In this document: positions 36,785 through 49,200 of the stretch, in pieces | Position numbering within the stretch: the first letter of the stretch is position 1 | Layout of the letters: each line of letters starts with the position of its first letter | Origin: Takakia lepidozioides | Lineage: Eukaryota; Plantae; Bryophyta | Assembly (NCBI GenBank): GCA_030704615.1 | Contig: CM060734.1 | Span: 8,122,001 to 8,186,000 of the forward strand | Direction of reading: 5' to 3' | DNA length: 64,000 nucleotides | The notes under the pieces: model-generated | Told to the model about the DNA's origin: nothing | What the model saw: only the letters and a program-made list of their open reading frames with translations | The model's database searches: none | Position numbers and translations under genes: made by a program

Positions 36785-39463
36785 GGCGGTGAAGACTCTT
36801 CATCTTTTGTGATGACCTATGGGGTTTTGATGTGCTGCCAGCCCTTGCTTTTCACAAGGGCTATAGGAATTTCTGTCATATGTGACTAGCCTTTTTTGGC
36901 AGTTGATTAAATACTTAGTCCCTTCAGAGAGAGGCAGTGTCAGGTACCCCTTAATCTGGGCTAGAGAGAGCACAAGTTTCTCGTCTGGCTACACAAGTGG
37001 AGCATGGAAGTGAGTCCATGCTGTTGAAATTTGAATCTGTAGGGCCATAGCACCATCTGTCCGGGGAAAGCCTGCTCTTTCTTTATTTCTTTCGAACTGC
37101 TTGAGGGATGATGTCATCATTTCGAATTCTTAGCTAAGCCTCATGATACAGGGGTCCCTTGAGTGCCATTGTCTCACTGGACAGGTTTGTGATGCAGAAT
37201 TATCTGGATACGCTGGCTTGTAGCATATTGCCATTATTTGTGGACTTAGCTACATACCGTAGGCAGCAACTTTTAGTAGTTTCTTTTTCCTTTTCCTTAG
37301 CTCATGATTTGTTAGGACGAAGCTGTGATTTTACTAGTTTTTCCGGTCTTGATGCGCCACTGGGTTAGTTTCAGTTGGGTGGTTTTTCTGATATAAACTC
37401 TTGTCAGGATAGCCTTCAAGCATGCGAGCCAAGTTTTGGTGGTATGTCCTGTGCTTCCATCCTGCCAGTCTGTGTACTGGAATGGCTATGTGAGAGCTTT
37501 CCATGTGCACACATCTTCATCTTCAGTGGCTGATCTGCAAGCCCAATTGACACTGATGATCAGCTAGGTCACAGATGGCCGAAGTCTTCAAGTTCAAGTG
37601 CTTCTTTTGAAAAATTGCAGTATACAGAATAGTTTCATTAATTTACAAGAAATCCCGCTCCTTGGGTGAGGCTGGATGATGCTGGATGATGCTGGACTCT
37701 CTTCTTCAGAATGTGGTTGTTTGATTTCTTTGTTTTTGATGCTAACCCTTTGTGCTGCTGATCACAACTCTCTACCATGAGAGTCACTGCCTTCATATTC
37801 ATGTACATGTATGTGTTTCTCCTATCATCCAATGGAAGCATGTGAATAGCAGCCCATTTTCAATGAGACATGGAAACTTGAACTGTTCAACCTTACAGAC
37901 TTAGGAGTCAAAATGATTCATTTTAGGGTTTGGAACAATAGACAATATTGTGATATCCAATAGCTAGATGCTGAGCAATCCCCATAGTGGAGGATATGCC
38001 CAGCTTTACTTGCTCCTGGGTTCCAACAATTGGATACGTAAAGATGCAAATTAAAAACTTCAGGATCCGAGCACTGAATCCGAACACTGACTCATTCCAC
38101 ACAAAAAGGGCAACTGTTATCACAATCCTCGAAGTGCCCTGGCTCTTGCCTGGTGTAGGAGTAAACTCTGGACTTTCTGCTTATTCGTCATGGCTCTCTT
38201 GACCACACCAAGCTGTGTGCGTGCATATTCAGGCCTCTTCATTTGCAGCTGCACCTGTTCCTCTCCAGCTGCTCCAGAGTCATCTTTTGCCTTCTCTGTT
38301 CTGCATCCCCGCTTCCTCTTTCCACTGTGCAGCTGGACCTCTTTCTCTCCAACTGTTCCAGAGTCATCTTTTTCCTTCTGTTGCTTTCCTCCTGTCATAA
38401 AATGAGAACAAGTAGGTGGGGGAAGGGAAATCAACTCACTACAGAGGCCATGAAATACATATCTGAACCAAAAAGTTTCATATTGATCACGACATTGTCT
38501 TGAAATTTCCTTGTACTAGTCAGTTTCTATCTTGCAATCTCATGCAGTCTGGAATCCATGCAATTGTTAGCTCCCTTGAACTGTATCATAGATCATCTAA
38601 CCTTCAGATGCCAGATGAAGGAAGTTTTGGGTTGAGTATATATAACCCACTGACAAGGGAATAGCACTGTGCATCAGACTTCAGAAACTGACAGAATGTA
38701 GATCACATAACTAGCTTTCTACCTGGACTTTGTGAGTTGCTTACCAGGGGGCTTGTCTGATGGCTCCGATGATGCAACGGCGGATGACGGGGTCAAAGAG
38801 CTCTTCTTAGCTGTCACACTCAGCGATTGTTGGTTTCCTCGGTTTCCTGCACTCTCCACTCCAGTAGACAACTTGTGGAAGGAGTTTGATGCCTCGCCTT
38901 GTTCTCCAGTTCTTGCAAGAGCAGGGCGCACCATGCAGCTCCAACATCTTGGCACATGGCACCTCGAAGGCACCTCAATGGCACCTCTCTGTGAAGGAAA
39001 AGAGATTTAAATGTTACAAAAGAAGTCTGCCAACAAAAGCCTTTGGGTGATGCACAAGTTACAAGACTAAGCCTCAAGATCATTTATCAGCCGACGTAAC
39101 TCTAACATGGTGTGCATGAAAAGGTTAGTAGATTCATAAGCATATTTCTTGGTGTCCCAAACAGCATAATCCATTTTGCATTTCAAGTCGCAAGAGGTGG
39201 AATCAGGCCACATAATTTGTGGCCTCGACTGGGTAGGTGAACTAGACATGAGCCAACAACAACCATAATTATCTTGACCGGGGCAGACCACTTGTGACAA
39301 TAATGCAGCAAACACCACATGGCACAGGGGTGTCTTGAACAGATTGTGTCCAAAGCCAATGCATTGCTGAGTAATTATAGGTCTATGAGAAAATGTGTTG
39401 CAACTTGAACCAAGTAACTAAAAGAACCTCAAGCAATCACAGTATCAGAAGTAAACCTTGGAG

Positions 39464-39730
39464 CAGTGTTTTTTTTTCTGGCGAATAATCGCCAGATTTC
39501 GACCTGGAAAATGGGTCAGCTACTTTTACTAAATCAAGAAAATCGCCAGAAAGCGCCAAGGGATAAATACCAGGAGCCAGATTTGTCCTACGTGGACCTG
39601 TTAAATTATGACACCTGTAATATAGCCTCTTTTCCAGCTTTGTCACCTCGTTGTTCTCGCCACATGGGCGCTGGGTAGAATCTACATGTCGCCCTGCCAG
39701 CGATTTTGGAAAAGTGAAAAAAAAACACTG
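39464..39730. mobile_element. hAT-type MITE (267 bp)
   Basis: TIRs CAGTGTTTTTTTT...AAAAAAAACACTG, flanked by a perfect 8-bp TSD CCTTGGAG (39456-39463 and 39731-39738). Confidence 0.92.
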
Positions 39731-39989
39731 CCTTGGAGGCTGGGAAACTCCACATTTGGGCTGTCATATCCCCCACAATAGGAATAAGGTAAGTACTTAA
39801 TGCACATTTGACTGTACTTTTGCTGCATTCCGGCAGCCTGGGCTCCTCAGCAGGGGCCCTATCAAATCCTCCCCACTCCCTCTTACCTCAGTTTTAAATT
39901 CTAGTGACGAATGAAGGTCGGACAATAGTTTTAGCGTGAATAGGGTGCCCTAGGGCCACATCATTGTTGTCAGACATGTCATCAACATC

Positions 39990-40210
39990 ACGCCACGTCG
40001 TCATCGTCTTAATGCATGTGCCAGCCTTGGAAACCTGGAAAAGGGCAAAGACGTAAGCTGGATTTTTTCAGGATATTGTTTTAGAGACTGTCCTTGCTGG
40101 CATGTATGTCAAGTGCGGGAGTATGAAGCATGCGCGTCATGTGTTCGAGAATAACTTATGGCTCAACCAAATGTGGTCTCCTGGAACACCATGATCGCGG
40201 GGGATGCTAG
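39990..40210 (+). pseudogene. PLS-class PPR gene fragment
   Basis: LNACASLGNLEKGKDV...DIVLETVLAGMYVKCGSMKHARHVFE (frameshift) MAQPNVVSWNTMIAG. Confidence 0.8.
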
Positions 40211-40317
40211 TCTGTGCCCAGTCCCGCGAGCCCAGGAGCCTGTGAGCCCAGTCCACGTGGCACGAGAATGGGGGAAGATGCAGGGTGTATTTCCGCGGAT
40301 AAGCACCCATTACCGCA

Positions 40318-40640
40318 TAAACACGGCAAACACGGCAAACACGGCAAACCCTAACCCTAACCCTTACCGACCTGCCATGTGCGTGCAGGGAAACAGGCTG
40401 GGAGTTAAGCTGGCGGAAACACGGCAAGCCCTAATCCCTAACCCTAACCCTTAGCAAAGTGCCATGTTCGTGCAGGAAAACAGACTGGGAATTAAGTTGA
40501 CGTCATTACCGTGGAAACACGGCAAACACGGCAAACCGGGGAAACACTGCAAATCCTAACCTCAAACCCTAACCCTAACCCTTAGCGAACTGCCACGTTC
40601 GTGCAAGGAAACAGGGCTGGGAATTAAGCGGGCGTCAGGC
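40318..40640. repeat. Three tandem ~95-130-bp units with AAACACGGC and (CCCTAA)n telomere-like tracts
   Basis: Unit: AAACACGGCAAA-CCCTAACCCTAACCCTTA-..TGCCATG..CGTGCAGG.AAACAG.CTGGGA.TTAAG. Confidence 0.75.
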
Positions 40641-41361
40641 ACATGAGAATTCAAAAGAATAAAATAAAATAATTAAAGGAATTTTATTTTTATTTTTCCC
40701 CCCCCCCCCCCCCCGGCATTTGGGTAGATGTCGTCAATGATCATCATGAAATCATGGTCATGAAGAAATTGAGTACGTTTACGCACTCACTTCTCCACGG
40801 GGGGAGGTTAAGAATAAAATAAAATAAAATATTTTTTATTTTTATTTTTTATTTTTTATTTTTTTTATTTTTTTTACACCCCCCCCCCCCCCCCCCGGAC
40901 GGAGAACTGAGTGCGTAAACACACTCAATTTCATGATGATCATCGACGACGACGACAATGTTGTGCGGGTCCGGATTTTGACCGAGTACCCGGCGGGTTA
41001 GGGTCCGGGTCACCTATCCGGATCCGGACCCGTGCCATCACCAAAAACTCGAACCCTAAAAATAAACCCGGAAGTGGACCCGGACCCGCCAGCTAGGTCC
41101 GAAACCCGTTAAGACCCGCTACTCGTGGGCCAGAGTAGGTATAGCCAATTGGTATAGCCATCTTCCCTAGTTCACTAGTTGACTTTCTAGAGAGTTCTAC
41201 TTTCTAGATAGTTTTACGGTTGAAAAGCAACCCACTAGTAGGTGTGGCTGCTGCAGGAGTATATAGGAACAGTGACCAGATAAGGTTGGGGCTTGGTGAG
41301 AGTGGTGTCAAGTTATCTTACCACTAGTGTGAAACTAGCTAAGAAATAGATAGCTTTTACA

Positions 41362-44300
41362 TATTGACATTTGGGATTGGCCCAAGTGTCAATCCAGGGG
41401 TCAAGGCAGATTTAGGCCCTGGAGTGGTTATCTTCACGGCAAGCGCGGGAGGCTCATCTTTCTCGAGTTGAGCCTCACCGCGCCTAGCTATGGCGCCGTA
41501 GTGTGGATTCCCCATGGCGTGGGGTGCACTTGGCTTGACTTGTATTTGAGTGATGAGGTTATATATGCATGAGTTTATGCTTCAGTTTTGTGAGCTTGCA
41601 TGAGTTTATGCTTCAGCTTTGTGAGCTTGCATGAGCTTGTGCTTGTATCACTCGAGAAAGATGAGTTCGCATCTGTGAGTGTCAGATACGAATTAGTTGT
41701 AGCACTTGTGGTTTTTGCTTGAGAATGAGAGAAACCAAGTTGTTATGCAAGGAGCACCGTGGAGCTCTTGGTTGTTAGAAGCGGAGACGATGTGGGTTAC
41801 GAGGTGGTAGACCTTGGCATTCGATCTTCACCTTCAGAGATGAAAGCACCATGCTGCAGGTAATTCCAGAGCACCTTGATGGTTTCAGATTGTGTACATG
41901 CATAAGCAAGCACGATTGGGAAGAGGACCAGTCAAGAGCAGGTTATAGTGGCTTTGGTGGCAAAGCTGAGAACTGGACTTGGGAATGCGAGCTTTCATTG
42001 TGTGAAGGATTGCAAGACCAAGCGAAAGGGCTGATTTGGCTTGGGGCAAATCAGTGTACTTTGTGGAGTATGGTGAGATTGGGTTTCAATCTCGAGCTTC
42101 AGCATTGAGAGGGCTCTTGTCATGGCAAGAGCAGGGCTGGAACATGAGCTAAGAGATGCAGCAAGGCCATGGAATGTGCACCTAGGGTTTCAGAGCTTGG
42201 AAGAAGAGCTCTTGCACCACAAGAGAAGTGTCTTGTGGCTGGAAATGTAAGCCTTAGGGATTCAGGAGCTTGGCAAAGGCTGTGGAGTGCTTAGTCTTGT
42301 CTTAGAGAGCATCAAGGAGCCAAGGAGCCAAGATAGGGGGCTGATATCTCGTGTGTGAAGAGGTTGCATGTGTGGAGCATGTATTCAGCTCATTGAAGCT
42401 TCCATCTTCAAGCTTGGAGGGCAAGCAAGGAAGAGGGAAGGGCTGACTTCCCTTATGTGAGGGCAATGCATGTGTGGAGCATGCTATCAGCCTGGTGAAG
42501 GCTTGTATTTTCAGGTTTGAGGGTGCAAGAAATGAAGGAAGGGGCTGATTCTCTTATGGTGAGGGTGGGGCATGTGTGGAGCATGCCTTCATACCATTGA
42601 GGCTCTTGTTTTCAAGCTCTAGAGAGCTAGAACGGAAGGTCTAGGGCTGGTTTCCACTTGGAGTGAAAGAAAAACACTTGTAGGGCCTATGTCAAGCTTG
42701 AAGGGAGCGCAACTCTTGAAGCAGCAGGTGTAGGGGGCTGGAATAGGCTCTAAGACAGATGCTATGGCCAAGGAGAGTGCTTGAATGAGTGCTCACAAGG
42801 GCTGGGAACCAACAGGGCTTGGTTGTTTGCCATTGAGTTTAGTGGCGTGTTTGGGGAGGCTAAGTGAGAAAGAAGGCTTGGTTTGTGGCAACCACCTCAT
42901 GGCTTAGGGCTACTATGGTGGTGTGTGGGAGCCGAAAGAGCAAGAATACCTTGCTGATTTCCTCACAGCCGCCATAGCTCGGTGGAAAGAAGCCTAGAGT
43001 CCAAGAGACACAAACCCTAGCTTGGCGTGGCTAAACCCCTTGGAGAAATGGCTAAACTGCCAGAGCGGCCATGGATGGGGCTGTGCCGGGCTGCGCCGGT
43101 GGCCTTCAGGGCTGTGACAGGCTGTGAGGGGCTGTGACAGGCCGTGCCTGAGGCCTTTGGGGCTGTGACGGGCTGTGAGGGGCTATGCCCGTGGCCTTTG
43201 GGGCTGTGATGGGCTGTGACAGGCTGTGCCTGAGGCCTTTGGGGCTGTGACGGGCTGTGAGGGGCTGTGACAGGCCGTGCCTGAGGCCTTTGGGGCTGTG
43301 ACGGGCTGTGAGGGGCTGTGACAGGCCGTGCCTGAGGCCTTTGGGGCTGTGACGGGCTGTGAGGGCTGTGTCAGGCCGTGCCTGAGGCCTTTGGGGCTGT
43401 GACGGGCTGTGAGGGGCTGTGACAGGCCGTGCCTGAGGCCTTTGGGGCTGTGACGGGCTTTGAGGGGCTGTGACAGGCTGTGCCCAGTGCCTGTGGGGCT
43501 GTGACGGGCTGTGCGGGGCTGTGACAGGCTTTGCCAGGCTGTGCCCAGTGGCCTGTGGGGCTATAACGGGCTGTGGCGAGCTGTGACGGGCTGTGCGGGG
43601 CTGTGACAGGCTGTGGCGGGCTATGCCCTGTGGCCTGTGGGGCTGTGACGGCTATGAGGGGCTCTGACAGGCTGTGCCCAGTGGCCTGTGGGACTGTGAC
43701 GGCTCAGACCAGTGAGCTGTGTGGGCCTGTGCTGGTCTGTGGTGGCCCGTGTTGACTGTGGACGGCCTATGCTGACTCGTGGAGGCACTGGTGGACTGCC
43801 TAAGGACTGGCATGTGGTCTTGAAGGCCGAATTTTGAAGCTCGTGGAGGGCGGTTTGAGGAGTATCTTCATGATATTCCCATGGTCATGCAATTGAGGGA
43901 AGAGAGGAGAGGAAGAGTGTTGGATGAGGGCATGCTGGGGTTAGGCATTGCTTTAGCTTCTCTTCCTCGTAGTTTCCACCCTCTCATTAGGCCAAGACCT
44001 TTCCGTAGGTGGAGGCAAGAGTCAGTCCGGGTTTGGGCTGGGGTGTCATTGCAGGAGCAACACCGTGGAGTTGTTTTTGGTATGGGGGAGTTGTCGTTCT
44101 GATTTCTTGTGTTTGGATCCCCTCCATACCTGCATGCTTGACTGTGCGCCATGCTAGTTTTGTGTGGGCGCTTGTTTTTATAGGTGATTGGTCCGGATTT
44201 GATCACCGGCCAGTCCTAAAGCATGTTGTCGATGGTGAGGCTGGGGTGATGACCAGCCAGACCATCATTGTTTCTCCTGTGGTGAGGTTGGAGGTGATGA

Positions 44301-44457
44301 CCAGCCAACCATAGGAGTGCTTGCGGTGGATGCAGGTATAGGTATAGGCTATGTTAGGAACTTAGTATTCCAAACCATAAGCCGCAACAGGTTCTCTACC
44401 CGGTTACCTTGTGGAGAGGGGGTTAGGGACATGTTCATGACCGGTTGAGTGTCAACA
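41362..44457 (+). mobile_element. Probable long (~3.1 kb) Gypsy 5' LTR
   Basis: Ends TGTCAACA; candidate mutated start TATTGACA at 41362. Followed by CGGAGGTGCCACT (degenerate tRNA-Gln-like PBS) and a gag-like ORF. The left boundary is uncertain. Confidence 0.55.
43075..43745 (+). repeat. G-rich minisatellite: 51-bp higher-order unit built from 10-bp GGGGCTGTGA subunits
   Basis: GGGGCTGTGACGGGCTGTGAGGGGCTGTGACAGGCCGTGCCTGAGGCCTTT repeated, degenerating at the edges. Confidence 0.9.
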
Positions 44458-44559
44458 CGGAGGTGCCACTAGTTGCTGGGGACAGTGCCGGTTCGAGCAC
44501 TAGCGATACTTGTGGGTACACGAGACGAGGTGTGCGGTTTAGGCCACCTTCACCTCCTG

Positions 44560-44855
44560 TGTCTTCTACGGAAGGTTCTGATTCGGATTGTAAATCAGGA
44601 TGACTCGTACCGGCGGTGCAAGTTGTTTCTTTGCCATTGTTGTGGGACACAATGGAGGAGATGTATGGAGCTACCAAGGGGCCACGAAGGTACTCTGGGG
44701 CGGTGGGCACCATCGAGTTGGATGATTTTATCCAAGAGTTTGATAGTTGGTGTGATTTGCAGCAAATGCGCAATCCACAACTATTTACATCTTTCATGGC
44801 ATGGAAGGGGCTGTTTCAGCACCTTGACGGGCCGCCTATGGATGATTACCATGAG
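44560..44855 (+). pseudogene. Gypsy gag N-terminal fragment, truncated by rearrangement
   Basis: PRRYSGAVGTIELDDFIQEFDSWCDLQQMRNPQLF...WKGLFQHLDGPPMDDYHE is capsid-like and lies right after the LTR/PBS. Confidence 0.6.
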
Positions 44856-47800
44856 TTGCTCCACACCATGGTCATGGCGGGAGAGGAGGCTGATATCTCA
44901 TGGCTTTGGCCTTCCCATTGCCTTGGGTTCATCACTTCAATCAGGAACATATTTGATAACCTTTTGTCATGCTCAGACCAAGGTGTTAGTAAATCAAACA
45001 TAAAACTGAAAACAGAAGGGAGATTGGTTGATAATGTGTACAAGAACCACCAAGTACACTGGTCTAAATCAGAGAGGGAAGATACTTATGTCTCGTCGAG
45101 ACATGGACAAAGACCTGACAAGGTCACTATAAAATTAACGACAAAAAAATCAGCCTCATAACAAGGCATTATCAACCATTCTTCATTCACAAGTCAGCTT
45201 TATGACAAATCCCAGACTTCAAAGTCAATGAAGTCTCTGGTGGGGGGGGTGGGAAAATTAGAGACTCAATACCATTGTTCAGCATGCTAAAAAGTGCCAT
45301 TCATGACATGCCATGTCATTCAGTCTGTATTTTTTGGTCAGCTTACATACCAAGGCATAACCAACCATCCTAATTTATTGTTGGCCCAAAACTAGTATAG
45401 TTTTGGGTTCTTTGTATCATTGGACATACCAAAGTGACTGAGCAGTAAGTATCCATGTCCAAATAAAGATCCATTGATCATTGTTCATGGCTGGAAATGT
45501 CTGTTTGTCTTAAAGAAGCCATTTATGATCATAGAAGGCTTAAGAACAAAATAAGAGCAAGGCCTGCGCCATAGCTCTCAAGACCAGCAAACAAGAATGC
45601 ACAACAAAATGTACAAAGCATACACAAAGAAAGTGAATCGCCCAAACTTAAAGAGTTCAGACACTTCCCCGAGGCCTTAAGATCGCTGCTTGTATCTTAA
45701 TGATCAATGAAGGTCACAGCAAGCAACCGCAGCACAGGTAGATCGCCCGCCAAGCATTAGAGACAACCGCCACAGGGAAATTGCAGGTACTGCCGCCATT
45801 GCGCACCCCAAGAGGGGAAGAAGGTACTGAATCTTGCCAGAACACCTAAATGCCTTAATGGCGCAGCTCCATGGCATTCAAGGGCGCTTGAATCGAGCTC
45901 CATGTGCCCCCCGCCACCACCTCTCAGCTCCAGCCATCCCTTAAGCACGATCGTCGTGCAGAGGGTTAGGGCAGGGAAGAGATGAAGCGCGATTTCCCGC
46001 GATTTCATCCACGTGATTTCCCACGATTTCATCCATTCGGGATGAAATCCATCACACGGGATGAACTCTACCGCGCAGGATGAAATTGTCTCCCAATTTT
46101 TCATCCGTGTCATCCTCTGAGGATGACATCCATTTATGGATGAAAAAAATAAATAATAGGATGGCTCCATTAGGATCCTCACCTTATACCAAAAATCCGG
46201 GTGCTGTAAATAACCGAAATTAACCAAATTCCAAGAAGGTTAATTAGGGGTTAGGTAACATACCACTGGTCTTAAACTATCAAGTTTTAAGAGAACCAGC
46301 CAGATCCATGGAGGGAGGGAGAGAGATGGAGAGAGAGGGAACCCACCAACCATCCCCTGGTATGGCAGCTCCTTATGGAGTGAGTGTGGTATGCACTCAC
46401 CCCGTAAGGGAGTGCATACCAGACCCCATCACATAAATGACCTCCCTCTTCTTTGTAGCTTTTACTTCTCGTTACAAAGGAACCATAGAAATAAACATGC
46501 CTACAATCTCAACTCTCCAAGGTCAACAAACAAAACAAGCCGTGACAAGCAAAGGTACATCAACACTTACATCAGAATGTAGAGTTTTACCTTTTAGCTA
46601 CACATAAGCTCTGATAATGGAAAGATGGGGCCAATGAAGGGACCTTAACTCCGAAATTCATGAAGCAACAAACAGGAAAGAAACTTTTATCAACCTTTTA
46701 GTGTTTACCTAGCCCATATTTTTGGGTACCACATGTGTACAAAACCAATGGGGTGTAGGTTTAGGTAATGAATTTTCTGCCATTGGCATGTTCCAAGTTG
46801 GCAAGTTGTGACAAACGAAGGTACATCAAAATGTAGAGTTTTACCTTTTAGTTTATATATAAGCTCTGGTGACCGGAAGAAGAGGCCAGTGAAAGAACCC
46901 TCAATTCCCAAGGTCATAAAGTAACAATCAGGAAAGAATCTTATATCAGACTTTTAGTGTTTACCCACCCCTGTTTTGGGTAAAACATGTGTACAAAACC
47001 AAAGGGGGCAGGTATTGGGACTCGGGTAATGAAGTCTGGCAGGGGTTTACCACCTGGTATTCAGACAAAACATCTACCAGCAGCATATCAGAATTGGGTA
47101 TTTTTATGGTGCTATAAAGAGCAAAGCCATAACCAGGAGAAACATAGAAACATAGAATCATTTGAGCCAAAGAAAAGGAACTCATTTGTGTCATAAGGTA
47201 TCTAAATCTGACATGAGGCATCGGCTACAGGGGACCGGCAAACAAGAGTAATGTGCACTGACCGGATCATGTATAAGGTGTACACGTCTACTCCAGCAGG
47301 CTGTCTTACCAAGGCCTAGCTCAAAATTTCAGCATTCAGAAGCCCTATAGATGTTCTATGCTTATCTCGGGTACCTTCAAGGATGCCTTACTCTCCATGC
47401 CCAATTAGCCAACATATTTTTGCCGGAGAAGATCTTACCTTATGAAGGACTTGCTTGCTCCATGCCATGGTCATGGCGGGAGAGGAGGCTGATATCTCAT
47501 GGCTTTGGCCTTCCCATTGCCTTGGGTTCATCACTTCAATCAGGAACATATTTGATAACCTTTTGTCATGCTCAGACCAAGGTGTCAAACATAAAACTGA
47601 AAACAGAAGGGAGATTGGTTGATAATGTGTACAAGAACCACCAAATACACTGGTCTAAATCAGAGAGGGAAGATACTTATGTCTCGTCGAGACATGGACA
47701 AAGACCTGACAAGGTCACTGTAAAATTAACGACAAAAAAATCAGCCTCATAACAAGGCATTATCAACCATTCTTCATTCACAAGTCAGCTTTATGACAAA

Positions 47801-48920
47801 TCCCAGACTTCAAAGTCAATGAAGTCTCTGGGTGGGGGGGTGGGAAAAATTAGAGACTCAATTACCATTGTTCAGCATGCTAAAAAGTGCCATTCATGAC
47901 ATGCCATGTCATTCAGTCTGTATTTTTTGGTCAGCTTACATACCAAGGCATAACCAACCATCCTAATTTATTGTTGGCCCAAAAACTAGTATAGTTTTGG
48001 GTTCTTTGTATCATTGGACATACCAAAGTGACTGAGCAGTAAGTATCCATGTCCAAATAAAGATCCATTGATCATTGTTCATGGCTGGAAATGTCTGTTT
48101 GTCTTAGAGAAGCCATTTATGATCATAGAAGGCTTAAGAACAAAATAAGAGCAAGGCCTGCGCCATAGCTCTCAAGACCAGCAAACAAGAATGCACAACA
48201 AAATGTACAAAGCATACACAAAGAAAGTGAATCGCCCAAACTTAAAGAGTTCAGACACTTCCCCGAGGCCTTAAGATCGCTGCTTGTATCTTAATGATCA
48301 ATGAAGGTCACAGCAAGCAACCGCAGCACAGGTAGATCGCCCGCCAAGCATTAGAGACAACCGCCACAGGGAAATTGCAGGTACTGCTGCCATTGCGCAC
48401 CCCAAGAGGGGAAGAAGGTACTGAATCTTGCCAGAACACCTAAATGCCTTAATGGCGCAGCTCCATGGCATTCAAGGGCGCTTGAATCGAGCTCCATGTG
48501 CCCCCCGCCACCACCTCTCAGCTCCAGCCATCCCTTAAGAGCCTCCTCTCCCGCCATGACCATGGTGTGGAGCAAGCAAGTCCTTCATAAGGTAAGATCT
48601 TCTCCAGCAAAAATATGTTGGCTAATTGGGCATGGAGAGTAAGGCATCCTTGAAGGTACCTGAGATAAGCATAGAACATCTATAGGGCTTCTGAATGCTG
48701 TAATTTTGAGCTAGGCCTTGGTAAGACAGCCTGCTGGAGTAGACGTGTACACCTTATACATGATCCGGTCAGTGCACATTACTCTTGTTTGCCGGTCCCC
48801 TGTAGATGATGCCTTATGTCAGATTTTAGATACCTTATGATACGAATGAGTTCCTTTTCTTTGGCTCAAATGTTTCTATGTTTCTCCTGGTTATGGCTTT
48901 GCTCTTTATAGCACCATAAA
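44856..48920. repeat. Recent local duplication/inversion: ~1.08-kb direct repeat (44856-45945 vs ~47455-48539) and ~385-bp inverted repeat (47103-47490 vs 48540-48920)
   Basis: Near-identical copies readable by eye and visible as duplicated ORFs (45757-46227 vs 48351-48575; 44616-45161 vs 47351-47752). Confidence 0.92.
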
Positions 48921-49200
48921 TTTTTTTGAAAGTTAAGATTGTTGAAAGTCGACTCACTTTCGCCCCTTCGTACAAGGGAGTTCTCGCCTCCCTCTCCATG
49001 TCATTTTCAGGATCATCGATTGGCCAGGTTCCCTCTCCATGGGATGCATCAGCACCCACATGATGCTCTAAGAGATCCTCCATGGCTTGCACATCCTCCT
49101 GGTTAATTCCATCCTCATTGTTGTTGTCACTGTCACTGTCATTGTCATCATCGTTCGTTATCGTGGGGGCGGCGTCTCGCCCACGGCTCCAACCTGATGT
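48921..49200 (-). pseudogene. CACTA transposase (TnpD-like) N-terminal fragment
   Basis: Acidic stretch followed by MEREARTPLYEGAKVSRLSTILTF (PLY.G...S.L motif typical of En/Spm transposases). Confidence 0.6.

Noticed and set aside
37600-39420. Possible minus-strand spliced gene (duplicated KMTLEQLER-like segment at ~38240-38380)
   Set aside because: No consistent exon chain or known domain could be built; at best a decayed pseudogene.
43075-43745. CRISPR-like regular repeat
   Set aside because: No unique spacers and a eukaryotic context; it is a minisatellite.
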